Of a DNA stretch of 64,000 nucleotides, positions 46,734-64,000 are shown piece by piece. The notes under the pieces are model-generated. The model saw only the letters and a program-made list of their open reading frames with translations, made no database searches and had not been told where the DNA came from. The stretch lies in assembly GCF_009914755.1 (NCBI RefSeq), contig NC_060925.1, one strand, 5' to 3'. The stretch comes from the human T2T-CHM13v2.0 reference genome, Homo sapiens. Numbering within the stretch: position 1 is the first letter of the stretch; each line of letters opens with the position of its first letter. The translations under genes and the position numbers were made by a program.

Positions 46734-47147
46734 TGTTAGGGTCACCCCGACCAGTTCCCCTCCTTTCGCATAGGTCTTACAATACAGTCCTTTGTGACCT
46801 CCGCACAGCTCCCCCAGGGCTAAAGGCAACCCCCACTGCCGCCCTGCACTGACCCTTCCAGTAACTGTTTGTCCAGAAGACTTCAGCTGAACTGGCAAAC
46901 AGTTCCAGGATGCGGTCAGAACACCTGCTAACCAAAGCTGGCAAAAACATCACCAGGATGCAGTCAAGACACCTGCACCCCCAACTCGGTTCACACACCC
47001 CGACCCAGTTCCTCGCCCTGTAAAGCCCTGCTGCAGTCTGTAAGCAAGGCTGCCTCCTCTGCCTGTCAAGGAACAGCCTGGCAGGACAAATAAAAATTGC
47101 TTGCCTGTCTTTGGGTCTACTCGTCGTTTCTCTTGGCTAACCTTTTA
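46734..47147 (+). repeat. 5' LTR
   Basis: Starts TGTTAGGG; AATAAA 47089-47094; direct repeat of 53801-54215. Confidence 0.92.
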
Positions 47148-47150
47148 TTT

Positions 47151-47168
47151 TGGTGCCAAAACCCAGGA
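47151..47168 (+). other. Primer binding site, tRNA-Phe-like; probable major splice donor at 47326/47327
   Basis: TGGTGCCAAAACCCAGGA versus the tRNA-Phe complement TGGTGCCGAAACCCGGGA (2 mismatches, both CpG transitions); GGG|GTGAGT in the leader. Confidence 0.8.
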
Positions 47169-47571
47169 AGGTGGTAGAGTTCGGCCTCCCTTTCTCTCTC
47201 TTTCCTAACCACCACCCCCACTTCCCTTGGCTGAACTCCCCCTTCCCAAACCTGCCAAAGACCCAGAGGACTTCTGGGACCCTCCCATTGTTGGTGACTT
47301 CATCCATCACTATAGTCTGCAAAGGGGTGAGTAAGAGAGACCCTTGCCATCTACCCGGGACCCTTGACCGTCTCTGTCTTCCCAAAAGACCCAGTGCTGG
47401 GCCAAGGGCTCCCTCCGGCCTCTAGGCCTCCGACTCCTCTGTTTCAGGGACGCCTGACTGGGTGGTTGCCTTCTGTATACTAAACAAGGCCCACAGGACT
47501 GGGGACGTCCTCTCCCCCGGTCCTTGCCACCGGCAGTCTCTCTCCTTCCTCAACCATCTCCTCCATTCACC

Positions 47572-48415
47572 ATGGGAGCCTATCAATCTACTCTGTCTAA
47601 AGCAACCCCCCTGGGGTCACTTGTGCAACCTTGAGACTCTCAGTTTTTGTGCAAAAGTTTGTCCCAAGAGGCTTATTTTCTATTGTGATACGGCTTGGCC
47701 ACAATATAAATTAGACACAGGCTCCCAGTGGCTTGAAAATGGTACTTTCTATTTCAATATACTCAGGGACTTAGACAATTTTTGCCATTGCGATGGAAAA
47801 TGGTCTGAAATTCCTTATGTTCAGGCTTTCGTCACCCTCTGTAACCGCTCTTCACTTTGCCAATCCTTCTCCGATTTCCAAATCCTCCTCACCCGCTCTA
47901 AGCCCAATTTACTCTCAGCAGACCCCCCCTTCACAGCAAGCGACAACTCCTCCTTTGACCCCGCCGGCTTTCCACCTCCCTGGCAACATCATAATCCTCC
48001 ATCAGATCATCACGATCCTCCACCATACACTCCCGCTCCTGCCTTATCTCTTTCCCCTCCCCTCTCTAACCACCCAGCTTCTGAATCTGATTCCTCCCCA
48101 TCTCTCCACCTCATACCCGCTCTCGAACTGAGCACGTCCAACAACCAGTCTCCATACTTCCCCTCCGAGAGGTTGCCAGAGTTGAAGGAATCATTCGTGT
48201 CCACGTTCCCTTCTCCCTCTCTGACCTTTCCCAAATTGAAAAACATCTCGGGTCGTTTTCCTCCAATCCCGACACTTATATTAAAGACTTCAAATACCTT
48301 ACCCAATCTTAAGAACTCACTTGGCATGATCTCTATATTGTCCTCTCTTCCACTATCTTCCCAGAAGAGAAGGAAAAAGTGTGGCTCACATCTCAGGCAC
48401 ATGCTAATGATCTTC
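47572..48415 (+). pseudogene. gag remnant (MA, PPPY late domain, N-terminal CA)
   Basis: accATGGGAG (MG myristoylation start); RLIFYCDTAWPQY...KWSEIPYVQAF; DPPPY; RVHVPFSLSDL; frameshifted. Confidence 0.85.
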
Positions 48416-51420
<3,005 letters not shown>

Positions 51421-51626
51421 ACAGATAAGTTACCACCCCTTACTGTTAAATATCGAAACCCTCATTAATGGGAATCATTTACTGCACTGCCCTTATAGGA
51501 GTTGCCTTACTTACTCTGCTCTTTGCCGTAGGAAGAGATACTGTAACACCCCCAGGGTGGAACTCTAGCTTCATAATCCTCCTCATAGCAGAATAAAGGC
51601 CACTAATAAGTGACTGCCCCTCCTAA

Positions 51627-53730
<2,104 letters not shown>

Positions 53731-53800
53731 GCTCCCTCTCAGCTAGAAGCAGCCTGATGAGAACAACGCCCCCTTTTCTATCAACTATTAAAAGCTGGAA

Positions 53801-54215
53801 TGTTAGGGTCACCCCGACCAGACTGTTCTCCTCCTTTCGCAAAGGTCTTACAATACAGTCCTTTGTGACCTCCGCATAGCTCCCCCAGGGCTAAAGGCAA
53901 ACCCCCCGCCACAACTGACCCTTCGAGAGTAACTGTTTGTCCAGAAGACTTCAGCTGAACTGGCAGACAGTTCCAAGATGCGGTCAGAACACCTGCTAAC
54001 CAAAGCTGGCAAAACTATCTCCAGGACGCAGTCAAGACACCTGCACCCCCAACTCGGTTCACACACCCCAACCCAGTTCCTCGCCCTGTAAAGCCCTGCT
54101 GCAGTCTGTAAGTGGGGCTGCCTCCTCTGCCTGTCAAGGAGCAGCCTGGCAGGACGAATAAAAATTGCTTACCTGACTTTGAGCCTACTCATCCTTTCTC
54201 TCGGCTAACCTTACA
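53801..54215 (+). repeat. 3' LTR
   Basis: TG...CA termini; purine-rich PPT-like AAAAGCTGGAA immediately upstream; AATAAA 54157-54162. Confidence 0.92.
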
Positions 54216-55650
54216 CAGAGGCCGTGCGGTGGAAGCATGCTTGGCTTGTTCAGGATCAGGGGGCCCAAGCAGCAGGAATAGAGTGAGGGGTGAAGGGCTG
54301 AGAAGGTGGGGAGGTACCCAAGTGTGCAGACTCATGGTGTAGAGCCTTACAAGCCACACAGACCTTTGGATTTTCTCCTGCATGGAGGGTAAGCCATCAG
54401 AGGGTTGTAAACAGAAGAGGGACACAGTCAGGTTTTTAAAGGCTCACTCTGGCTACCACGTGGTGCCTGGACTGTGGCAGGGGAAGAGTGGGAGACCAGG
54501 AGGCCAGAGATGGAGGCTTAGGGTGGTTGCAGTGGAGCTGTGACAAATGGTCAGATTCTGCCCGTGTTCTGAAGGTAGGGCCAGCCAACAGGAGTAGCAG
54601 TGGATTGGACATGGGGTGTGAGAGAGAAGGATGAGAGGGAGGGAGGGAAGGAGGGACGGAGGGACAGAGAAAGTCAGGCCAACTTGGCTTCAGAGCCTGA
54701 ACAATCCAGCCACCAAGACCATTCCTCACTCCCTTTCCACTTCTGCTAGTTTGACAGGTCCAGCCAGTGTCCCTGGCTCTTCCCAGGGACACTGGAGACC
54801 AGGGTGGCCAAAGGGGATGCCAGCTTCGCAGTTCTCATTTGGTTTGACCTTTCAGGAGCACGCGAGTGGTCAGTGTGGCCGCACTGGTCCCACCCATCCT
54901 TCTGGTACTTTCTTTTTCCTTTGCTGCCACAGGGCTCATAGTGAAACCTGTGAGGAACAGCGATCCAAGAAGTTCACTTTTGTTTTCGTTAAATTGACCA
55001 ACTCACAGCCAAGAAACAGTTTAGATCAATACACCAAACTGTTCAGGAGTGCCAGAGTGTACAGGCCCAGACCCAGGTGCTGAGGAGGTAAGGGTGAGCA
55101 AAACGAAGCCCCTGCCTGTAGGGCGCTTGCTGTCTAGTGTTTTGCTGAATGTAAGAGTGACACGTGTAGGTGTCCAGGAGGTATCTGTGCCCTGAACAGA
55201 GGCTTAATGGGTGGCGGGACAGGAGTGAGGCTGAACATAGAGACAAGGTCCAGAGCTGAGAGTGGCACTGGTGGGCTGGGAGCAGGGGCACCTCCCAGCA
55301 GAGCATCCAGGATGGGTAAGGCATGGGCCAAATGTAATGGGCAAAATCTTTGGACAGCTGGCTGCTGGGGCAGGTGTGGAACTGTGAGGTGGAGGAGTGA
55401 GGGGCCTGGGGCTGTGCTCTGAAGCACTGCAGAGGATCAGAGCCTTCTCACATCTTGGAGGTGCCCCTCTTGGTCTGTGGACCCTTGACTGGGAAGGGGC
55501 TCTGCCTGCACAGATCTTGTTCCTTGAGTGGCCTGGGTATGGGCTCCTGGACACAGAAGTGTGTCCGCGTGGGTGCTGTGGTGTGCCGGGGGAGGGGCCA
55601 GCCTACCTCTAGCTTCATTGCTAGAATGAAGTGCAATCTGCAAAGTCTAA

Positions 55651-55946
<296 letters not shown>

Positions 55947-56499
55947 CAAAGTCTAAATTTAAGCAAAGGAAGGAAGGAAAGAAAGGAAGGAAGGAAGCCC
56001 TTGGCTTCCTATTGAGGAGAGGGAGGGGGAGGGTGGAGCAGGAAGAGGCCTGGCTGGGCCTTCTCCTTCCCTGGCTGCCCTGGATGGGCACATGGGCAGT
56101 CTGTCTGGGGCAGCAGGCTCCCCTACCCCAGATGGAGTTCAGCAGAGAGGATCAATACCCTTCAGCTGCTGTGGTGCTGGGATGCCCCGCTGCCTCCTGC
56201 ATGCAAGGTCAGAGGGTGAGCCAAGCCAAGCAGGGAGCTCTCACTTGGGCAGTGGGCAGATGCACAGGTCTCAAGAGACTGCTGGGCACTTCAGGTTCCC
56301 CTCCCCCGCCAAGACAGTGGTGCCAGGTGCCACCCGCTGGCTGCGGGGAGCAGGGAGGGGGCACACTCAGAGCTGCAGGAAGCCAGTTGGGAATCCTGCA
56401 CCACTCAGCTGGGATGGAGAGGGATGGGGCTGGGTCGGGGCTGGAGAGGCCGAGATGTAGGCAGGGAAGGCAAGAAGGCAGGAGACGCAGGCCACAGTG

Positions 56500-58627
56500 G
56501 TTCCAGATCAGGAAGTTTTATTGCTGACATGCAGGAAGAGTCCCCATGTAGTACAAAAATATGTCTTTATACAAACTTTTTTGTGACTTTTTCCGTTTCT
56601 TTACAATAGGACTTCTCTCAGTGTGTGACACCCAGTGAGGGCTGACCCATCCTCCTCTCCTTTGCTTCACCAGGAATGTCATCAGACACATGGCTTGACC
56701 TTGGAAGGGCCCAGTCTGTCTGACAGGGCTTTGCAGACCCGGCGGCTATTGCTTTGAAAAGGAGGAGAAAGACCACGCACGGGCAGCAGCCTGGAGGGAC
56801 CCGGTGGGCTGCTGAGAGGGGGCTCCGCTGCGACGGGCCCTGGCCCAGCTTCAGGCCCTCACAGGAGGACAGTCAAGGGCTGGGAGCCCTAGGCCGGACT
56901 GCATTTCCGCTCCCGCAGGAGACTTTCTATGAAATAAATATAGAAAAGAGGGCATCCCCCAGCCCCACAGCACAAGACCCTGGCCCTCAGCGCTGGACAG
57001 CTGAGACAGACGCAGGCTCGCTGCTCAGGGGGAGTAAGTGCTGGGCTCCAGTAGGCTCCCACAGGCCCACTGAGGCAGAGGCATGAGTCGCCCAAGTGCT
57101 GGATGGGGCATGGGGAGAAAGGGGCGTGGGCAGCCCTGCTACTGCTGGCAAGAGGTGGCCCCATTTTTTCCAGATGGGGAAACTGAGGCACAAGGAGGTT
57201 TGGGAACTTGCCCAAGGTCACTCACAGTGAGTCAGCTTTTTAGGGGGAGGAGAGCGGCTCACACTCTGGGAAACACAGTCACCTCCCCACTGGGGAGCAG
57301 GGCCAGGCAGGAGGGGCCTCAGGGCCCATGACTGCCTGGAGGGGACACTCAGCCTCTCTGAGGACATATGGGGGGTAGGCCTCTGGGGAAGGGTCTTTGC
57401 TTGGCATCAGGCAGGGCCAAGTCCAGTAAGGGCAAGGGGAGGGGGCATTCTGGTGAGAACAGCATTTCTGGCAAGACGGGCATCCACTTCAAAATCTCGG
57501 CTCAAAAGGGCAGCAGGGCTGTTCTCAAGCCAGGCAGGCAGGGTCCCCCAATCCCTACAATTCTCCTGAGTCCCTCACCACCATGGAGGACCCTTGCTAG
57601 GGTCTACCGGGAGAGTCACCACATCTATTATGAGGCAAGGGCACTGGGATATGTTCCCACCATCCCCTAAACACAAGAGTAGGCTAGGGGAGCGTGCAGG
57701 CAGCCCCCGCTCACGGCCAGGCCTGCAGCCCAACCCATGGGCCCCTTCGCACTGGGAGTCCACGTGAGCTCAGTACCACGGGGAAGGATAGAGAAGGGAA
57801 CAGGTTAACGCGCGTGTACAGCACCTCAGAGAAGCCACTGAGACGGGAGAGAAAGAGCCAGGTCTAGAAAGGCCTCCCATCACCGGCAGCAGAGAGGGAC
57901 TGGTGGGCTGAAAGGGGACAGGGACTGGCAGGAGGGGCTTCCCTGCCTGGGGGTGAGGAGGGAGCTCACGTGTGGGCTGTGGATTCCTTGCTGTCCAGCC
58001 AGGCTGGGGGCAGGGAGTGGCCATGGACTGAGCCACCTAGAGATGGGAGAGAAGTTGGTATGGTAAAAAAATAAATATATTTGAGTTCGGTTTAAGATGA
58101 GGTGAAGGTTTTCCAAAGCTTGGACTGAGGGGCCTGGATCAGAAAGAGAGGGACGGAAAGAGGCTGTGGCAGGGGCCTGGGAGAGCAGGGAGGAGGGGAA
58201 GCTCGCTCTGGGGCCTGCAGCGAGCTGCACTTTCAGCTTATTTGGACTGTGGGGAGCAGCGCCCCAGGTCAGTTGGTGGCCGCTGGGGAAGGCCCTGGAG
58301 TGGGGTGAGCAGGCTCCCTCCTCCCTCTTGCTCAGTCCAGAGACAGCATGGTTAAAGAGACAGAGGTAGATTAAAACATCGTGATTAAAAGCAGATTAGT
58401 TATCTAGGCTTCTCAGATTTAAAAACCAAACAATCGAGCAATCATCCCAAAAGGTAGCTTCGTGGTACCTCTGCTGACCCCACGTGTGACCTGGGCTGTC
58501 CCTGTCCCTGCCCTGTCCCTATTGTGGCCCGGGAGAGTCCAGCACTACAGGGCCCAGCCCTGACAGCCACGCCTTTGGCTGGGGCTGGAAGAAGTGGCAG
58601 CAGTGCTGGTGGCCCCGGCTGAGGCTG
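56500..58627 (-). terminator. STK40: STK40 3'UTR (~2.1 kb) and polyA signal
   Basis: TTTATT at 56517-56522 (AATAAA on -), preceded on - by UGUA elements; 3' end approximate. Confidence 0.75.
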
Positions 58628-58846
58628 TTATTTCCGCAGGTAGCGCTGCGCCAGGATGGCCGTGTCCAAGGAGGTCATGGGCTGTGCGTCGTGGCCCAGC
58701 CGTCGCACCGGTGGTGCGCTGCCGAACTGCCGCTTGGGTACCCAGCTCCGGGCGTCATGGATGGAGCTCTTCTCCTCGGCCAGCAGCAGCTGCTGACGCA
58801 TGTAGTTCTCAAACTCGTACTGGGAGCACTCCTCCGTCACCTTCGC
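58628..58846 (-). CDS. STK40: STK40 last coding exon
   Basis: AKVTEECSQYEFENYMRQQLLLAEEK...AILAQRYLRK*. Confidence 0.93.
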   Translation of the reverse strand, partial: AKVTEECSQYEFENYMRQQLLLAEEKSSIHDARSWVPKRQFGSAPPVRRLGHDAQPMTSLDTAILAQRYLRK

Positions 58847-60236
58847 CTTTGAGGCGGGGAGGGTGGGAAGGAGACAAAGATAAACCCAGATGAAGGCAGC
58901 GCAGCAGACAGGAGGGCAGGCAAGAGTGCTGGCAGCCTGGCTCCTGCAGTCACCCTTCCAGGCACCACACCCTCAGGCCTCAAGGCCGGGGGTGGGAGTG
59001 GCGCTGAGGGTGGGTCCCTGACCCCCTCCAGCCAACCTCAACTCCCCTTGCAGGCCGCCCTGCGGACCCGGGACTGACGCAGACTCATGCTTCCTAACTC
59101 ACTGGCTGCGTGAGAGGTCACTTTACCTCAGAAGCCTTAGCTGTCTGGCCCCTCGCAAAGGTTCTCTGAGCCCTGAGGCGGCTAATGCACGTCAAGAGGT
59201 ACGAGCAAGCCCTGGGCTGGGGGCGCAGCACCTGGAGGAGCCACATACGCAGGGCCCCATGCTGAGCTCCCTGGGATGGTCTAGGCAGATGGTAACAGAA
59301 GCTGAAGTGGTGTCCCCGTGCCAGTCACCACAGGAGACAGCAGGGCTTCCGGATGAGACTTGGGTTCAAGGCTTAGCTCCACTACTTCTAAGCTGTGTGG
59401 CTTTGGGAAAGTCCTCTCTAACCCTGTTTCCTCTTCTGTAACATGGGGCTAAGAACACAGGCCACGCAGGCCCGCAGTGAGGGCTGAATGAGGTGCCCTC
59501 GGGGTAGGCACTCACTGCGGGCTAGTGATGATGATTTTAGCCAAACAGCTAAAGGGTGGAAGCTGGAGGTGGGTAGGGATTGGAACTCTCTTTCCTCGGG
59601 GGCCAGGAGGCTCTGGGAGGCTCTCCCAGGCACGGCCCCTCCTGGTCCTACCTGCACACTGCTCACTGTGGAGCTCCAAGGTGGGCCAGGGAGGGAAGGT
59701 CCTTCCAATATCCAGGGCCCAGCAATGCTGTTGCTCGGCCAAGCCCTGCCCTCCAGGGGGCACCCTAAGATCACCTGCCCTCTGCTGCCTGGTGCCCAAG
59801 TCTCTGCCCCCACCCTAGGCCCAACACTTTCTCCAGTGCAGGGAATGGGGAGGAAAGAAATAGGGAGAAATGAATCATCTGAAAAATGAAAAGCAGGAAG
59901 GGTGAGAGAGAACTCTGAGTCAGGGGGCAGAGAAATGTGACTTGGGCAGCAGGAGGAAGCTGAGAGGGCTGGCCTGGGCCACTTGGGCACTGGCTCCAGC
60001 TCGGCTGTCTCACAGGTCTCTCTGGCCAAAGATCTCCAGCTACACCAAGCCCAAGGCAGGCCCCAGGCAGCTCAGGCTGAGGACTGAAGTCTCCCTTTCC
60101 CACCCCAAGGCTGGGGAAGAAGACCAAGGAAACTCTGTGGCCTGCGGGTAGCTGCCACCTCTGCCCTTGCCCTGCCTGCCCCCAGAAGCCTGTCCCTTGG
60201 GGCTGGGTAATGGCCCATCTGCCCTCCCCAACTCAC

Positions 60237-60321
60237 CTCCTGGGAGCTATCCGCATTGCTCATTTGGTCATCAATGTCAGGAACCACTTGCAAAGGCCCA
60301 CTCAGAGATGACAGGGACTGC
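60237..60321 (-). CDS. STK40: STK40 exon with Tribbles-like COP1-binding VP motif
   Basis: QSLSSLSGPLQVVPDIDDQMSNADSSQE; cag|G ... GAG|gtgagt. Confidence 0.92.
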
Positions 60322-60732
60322 CTGCAGGGAGGCAGACAGGTCAGGCTGGCCCCAGAGAGACCAGGTCCATTGATCCCAGACTTAACTGGAGTCAGACACA
60401 CCTGGGTTGTGTTCCTGCCATGAGAGACTGCTTCTCTGAGCCTCAGTTTTCTTATCCCATAAAGGGGGACAATTTCTCCCTTACAGGTGGTGGTGAGAAC
60501 TCAGTGAGGCAATGCCCATGCCCCGCTGGCAGGGCCTGGGTAACTATGGCAGCCCATAGTTGCTCAACCTTCAGTTCTGCCTATGCCCTCCCAATCTTGT
60601 CCATGCAGAGAATCTGGAAATCTGACTCTAACTGGCAGAGAAGCAGGCTGACTACTGGCTGCTTTTCTGGGTAGGATGGGCAGAGGCCCTGAGGACGCAG
60701 CCTTGTGCCCGGTCAAGTGCCTGTCCACTTAC

Positions 60733-60852
60733 CATGATGCAATGATGGCACTGAGGGCCTCCAGGACGTCGGCGGCGGCCAGGCGCTGCTGGGGGTCAAG
60801 GACCAGCAGCTTCCGGATGAGACACACGGTGTTCTCAGAAACCCGTCCATCC
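60733..60852 (-). CDS. STK40: STK40 exon, kinase subdomain XI
   Basis: DGRVSENTVCLIRKLLVLDPQQRLAAADVL. Confidence 0.93.
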
Positions 60853-60992
60853 CTGAGGCAGGGAGTTGGGGAGGAGGGCTCAGTGGGTGGTGCTGGGTCT
60901 GTGGCCAGGATGCCCAGGCTCACTGTGCCGTTTCCCTGCCTTAAGCCCATCAGGCTGGCTGCCCCCCCCACCCCCCGGGAGGCAGGACTCAC

Positions 60993-61137
60993 TCAGGAAT
61001 GGTATACTCGGCAGCCTTGATCTTGCGGAAGAGCTCCTGCGGGATGCTGTCGTAGAAGGGGAACTGGCCATACAGCATGGTGAAGAGCACCACGCCCAGG
61101 GCCCACATGTCACTGGGCTTGCCACGGTACGGCCGGC
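60993..61137 (-). CDS. STK40: STK40 exon, kinase subdomains IX-X; gene continues beyond the window end
   Basis: RPYRGKPSDMWALGVVLFTMLYGQFPFYD...IKAAEYTIP. Confidence 0.94.
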
Positions 61138-62832
61138 CTACGGGCACACACATACCACACTGTCTTCAGGCCACAGCACCACCGTGGCTCACCAGCCTGG
61201 AATCCCACCTGGGACCCTCCACCTGCCACCCTCACTTCCAGTCCCCCCAGAGTCGTCCTCTGAGCTCCTGCCCGTGCTCCCCGCTCCCCTGTTCCTCAGG
61301 ATGCACCTCTCCTGCCCCAAGGAGAGGGCTCACTCAGCACCTGCTCACAGCACCTGCCCCGCCCGGCCAGATGGCGAGCCCCTGGGAGCCAGGCATGGGT
61401 CTGCAGCCCCAGCACCCAGCACAGCAGCTCACAAGCAGGGGGTCAAGAACACTGGCACAGCAGATAACTAGCTGGCTCCAGATGAGCTGGCCGCTCCTCC
61501 TGTCACCGTCCCCACACCCCACCTGCCTCCTTCACAGCCCGGATGACTACTTGCAGGTCCCCTCCTTTGTCTACTTGTGACTCCCCGTCTCCCCTCTAGA
61601 AGGGAAGTTCTCAGGTGCAGGTGCCTCCCTGCGGTGTTCACTGCTGAGCCCCAGTGCCCAGCACGGACCCAAGTATTTGCTAAATGAAGGATGGCCACTT
61701 AATTCACCTCTCTGTGAGAGTTTCCTCATCTGTAAAGCGAAAAGGAGCAGGCATCTAACGGAGCACCCGCTTTAGGACAGCATGGGAAGAAACACTTTTA
61801 TTTCACTAACTGTGCTCCACAGCTTGAGGACACTGAGGCCCAGTGATCTGCTCTGTCCAGGGCCACATGGCTGCTCAGTGGGCCCACATCTGACTGTCAG
61901 GCTCTGCTGCTTGCCTCCTTTCAGGGCAACCTGTCCACCCACCCAGCAGCAATACAGCCATTGTCTGACCCACTCCCCCAAATGCAAAATATGAAGACCA
62001 CTGGAGCATTTGAAAGCTCTTGGCCCTGCCCACTCCCTGCGATGCACCCTCTGGTATACCAGCAGGCTGTGGCAGCCTGGACCCCAGGACACAACTCCGT
62101 TCTCCGTGGGTGTGGAAGAGACGCTGCCAGGCACCCTAGCGTCACCTCCCTGGGCAACCAGGGCCCAGTGAAGGGCAAGCAGTTTAACCGGGAGAGGGTG
62201 TGCCATGTGTGCATGGCAGTGCCATTACAGGCCTCAGCCTGCGTCTTCAGAAGGTACCACGGCACCTTCAGGATGGCACTGCCGCCTACAACAGAGGGCT
62301 GTTGTGGGGAATAAGCACCTGCCCTGGCTGGTATAGCAGGTAGTTCTGTGGAAGATGAGCTTCTCCCAAGCTCTTTCCAGGCTGTGTCATCCTAGGCTCT
62401 TTCCAGCGCCCGGTGCCAAAGAGCAGCTGCGGTGACTGTGTGGCTGACCCCATGGCTGACTCAAGGACAGCCCCCTTTTCCTAGAACTTGCTCCACCAAG
62501 TGGGGTTGCCAGTACAGAATCTATTACTTGTACCACCATTCTTAGCTCTGTATGGTTCCAAAAAAGGTGCTGCCTCTCCTCCCGTGGCTGGAAGATGCTT
62601 CCTGTTGAGCTGTCCTGCTGGCTTAGGCAGGAAGGATCTGCTTCCAGGACCTGTGTAGGGTTCCCTCAGCCCGAGCCTCTGTCCTGACCTGGAGGTATGA
62701 ATGGCCCCTCCCCAGACAAACTCGCTGGGAGCCTGACCTGGGCAGGCGACCTTCCCTGGGCTTTGGCTTCTGAGGGGACACTGTACCCACAAGCTTCCCT
62801 TTCAGCAACGATCATGCCAAACACTAGGTTAA

Positions 62833-63172
<340 letters not shown>

Positions 63173-64000
63173 GGTTAAGGGCATTATTTAATCCCTCAAG
63201 TACTACTACTGCCATCCCTATTTTACAGATGAGAAAATGGAGGCTCAGAGAGGTCTGTAACTTCCCCCAAATTCACATGGTTATTAGCCAGACTATCACC
63301 TCCATGAGGGCCAGACCAGGCCTGCCTTTTCACAGCTCCATGCCCCATGCCCATGCTGGGCACATGGAGAATAAATGAAAGGGCAGACCTGGGTCGGAAA
63401 CCCACATGGTAGGGCTGGTACTTCAGCTTCTAACCCAGGAGGGAGGAGGCTGAAGTCAGAAGGAGATTGGAGGCCGTGATCACACAGCTGGTTCAACAGC
63501 AAGGCCAGAATGAGAACCCAGGTCTCTGGTCTCCCAGTCGAGGATTCTCTCTGATTCAGTCAGATTCCTTTGTTTCATCCTCCAAGACTGGCACGAGTCT
63601 GGAAGAACCAGAAGGATAGGCTGCTGGCAACAGCAGGGAGGGCCACAGAGCCTCAGACTGCAAATGAAGGCCACTCTAGGCTGGTGCTGCAAGAGAGGAG
63701 TCCCATCCAGGGCTAGCCCACAGCCTGAGCCCTGCAAACAGGCACAGCCCCACTCACAGGCTGGGTGGAAGGAGGAGCCTGGCTCTATCTCCTATGGGGA
63801 TGCTTTGGGGATTACTGTAGAGGGTGCCAGACTGTGCTGGGCCATGGGGGTGGTGCCCCAGGAGTTAGGGTATACCCCTGGCACCCAGTTCCCTCTAGCA
63901 GAGGCTGTAGTGACTCTAACCAAAACCCCCAGGTCTGGGGAATGGTGCTACTGTCTTTGCACACGGGCAGCCCTGGGGACAGGCCTGGCTCTCCAGCAGA

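Overview
Primate (human-like) genomic DNA that I recognise from its encoded proteins as the THRAP3-SH3D21-EVA1B-STK40 locus (human 1p34.3, from memory). It contains the 3' nine coding exons and 3'UTR of THRAP3 (+), the complete 16-exon SH3D21 gene (+, 756 aa when spliced by hand), the complete EVA1B gene (-, 165 aa), and the last four coding exons plus 3'UTR of STK40 (-). A 7.5-kb decayed tRNA-Phe-primed (HERV-F/H-type) provirus with both LTRs and a 5-bp target-site duplication (TSD) lies between EVA1B and STK40. About 40 Alus plus L1, L2, MIR and Tigger/MER remnants fill the introns. The main leads are a candidate NMD 'poison' exon and a frameshifting tandem donor in THRAP3, a dual-coding exon with an internal promoter in SH3D21, a C-terminal TQT (LC8-type) motif in SH3D21, and, in the provirus, a truncated SU ORF and a small hydrophobic ORF between pol and env. 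Exon boundaries were read by eye from splice signals and frame continuity. Repeat boundaries and subfamily names are approximate, and no searches were run.
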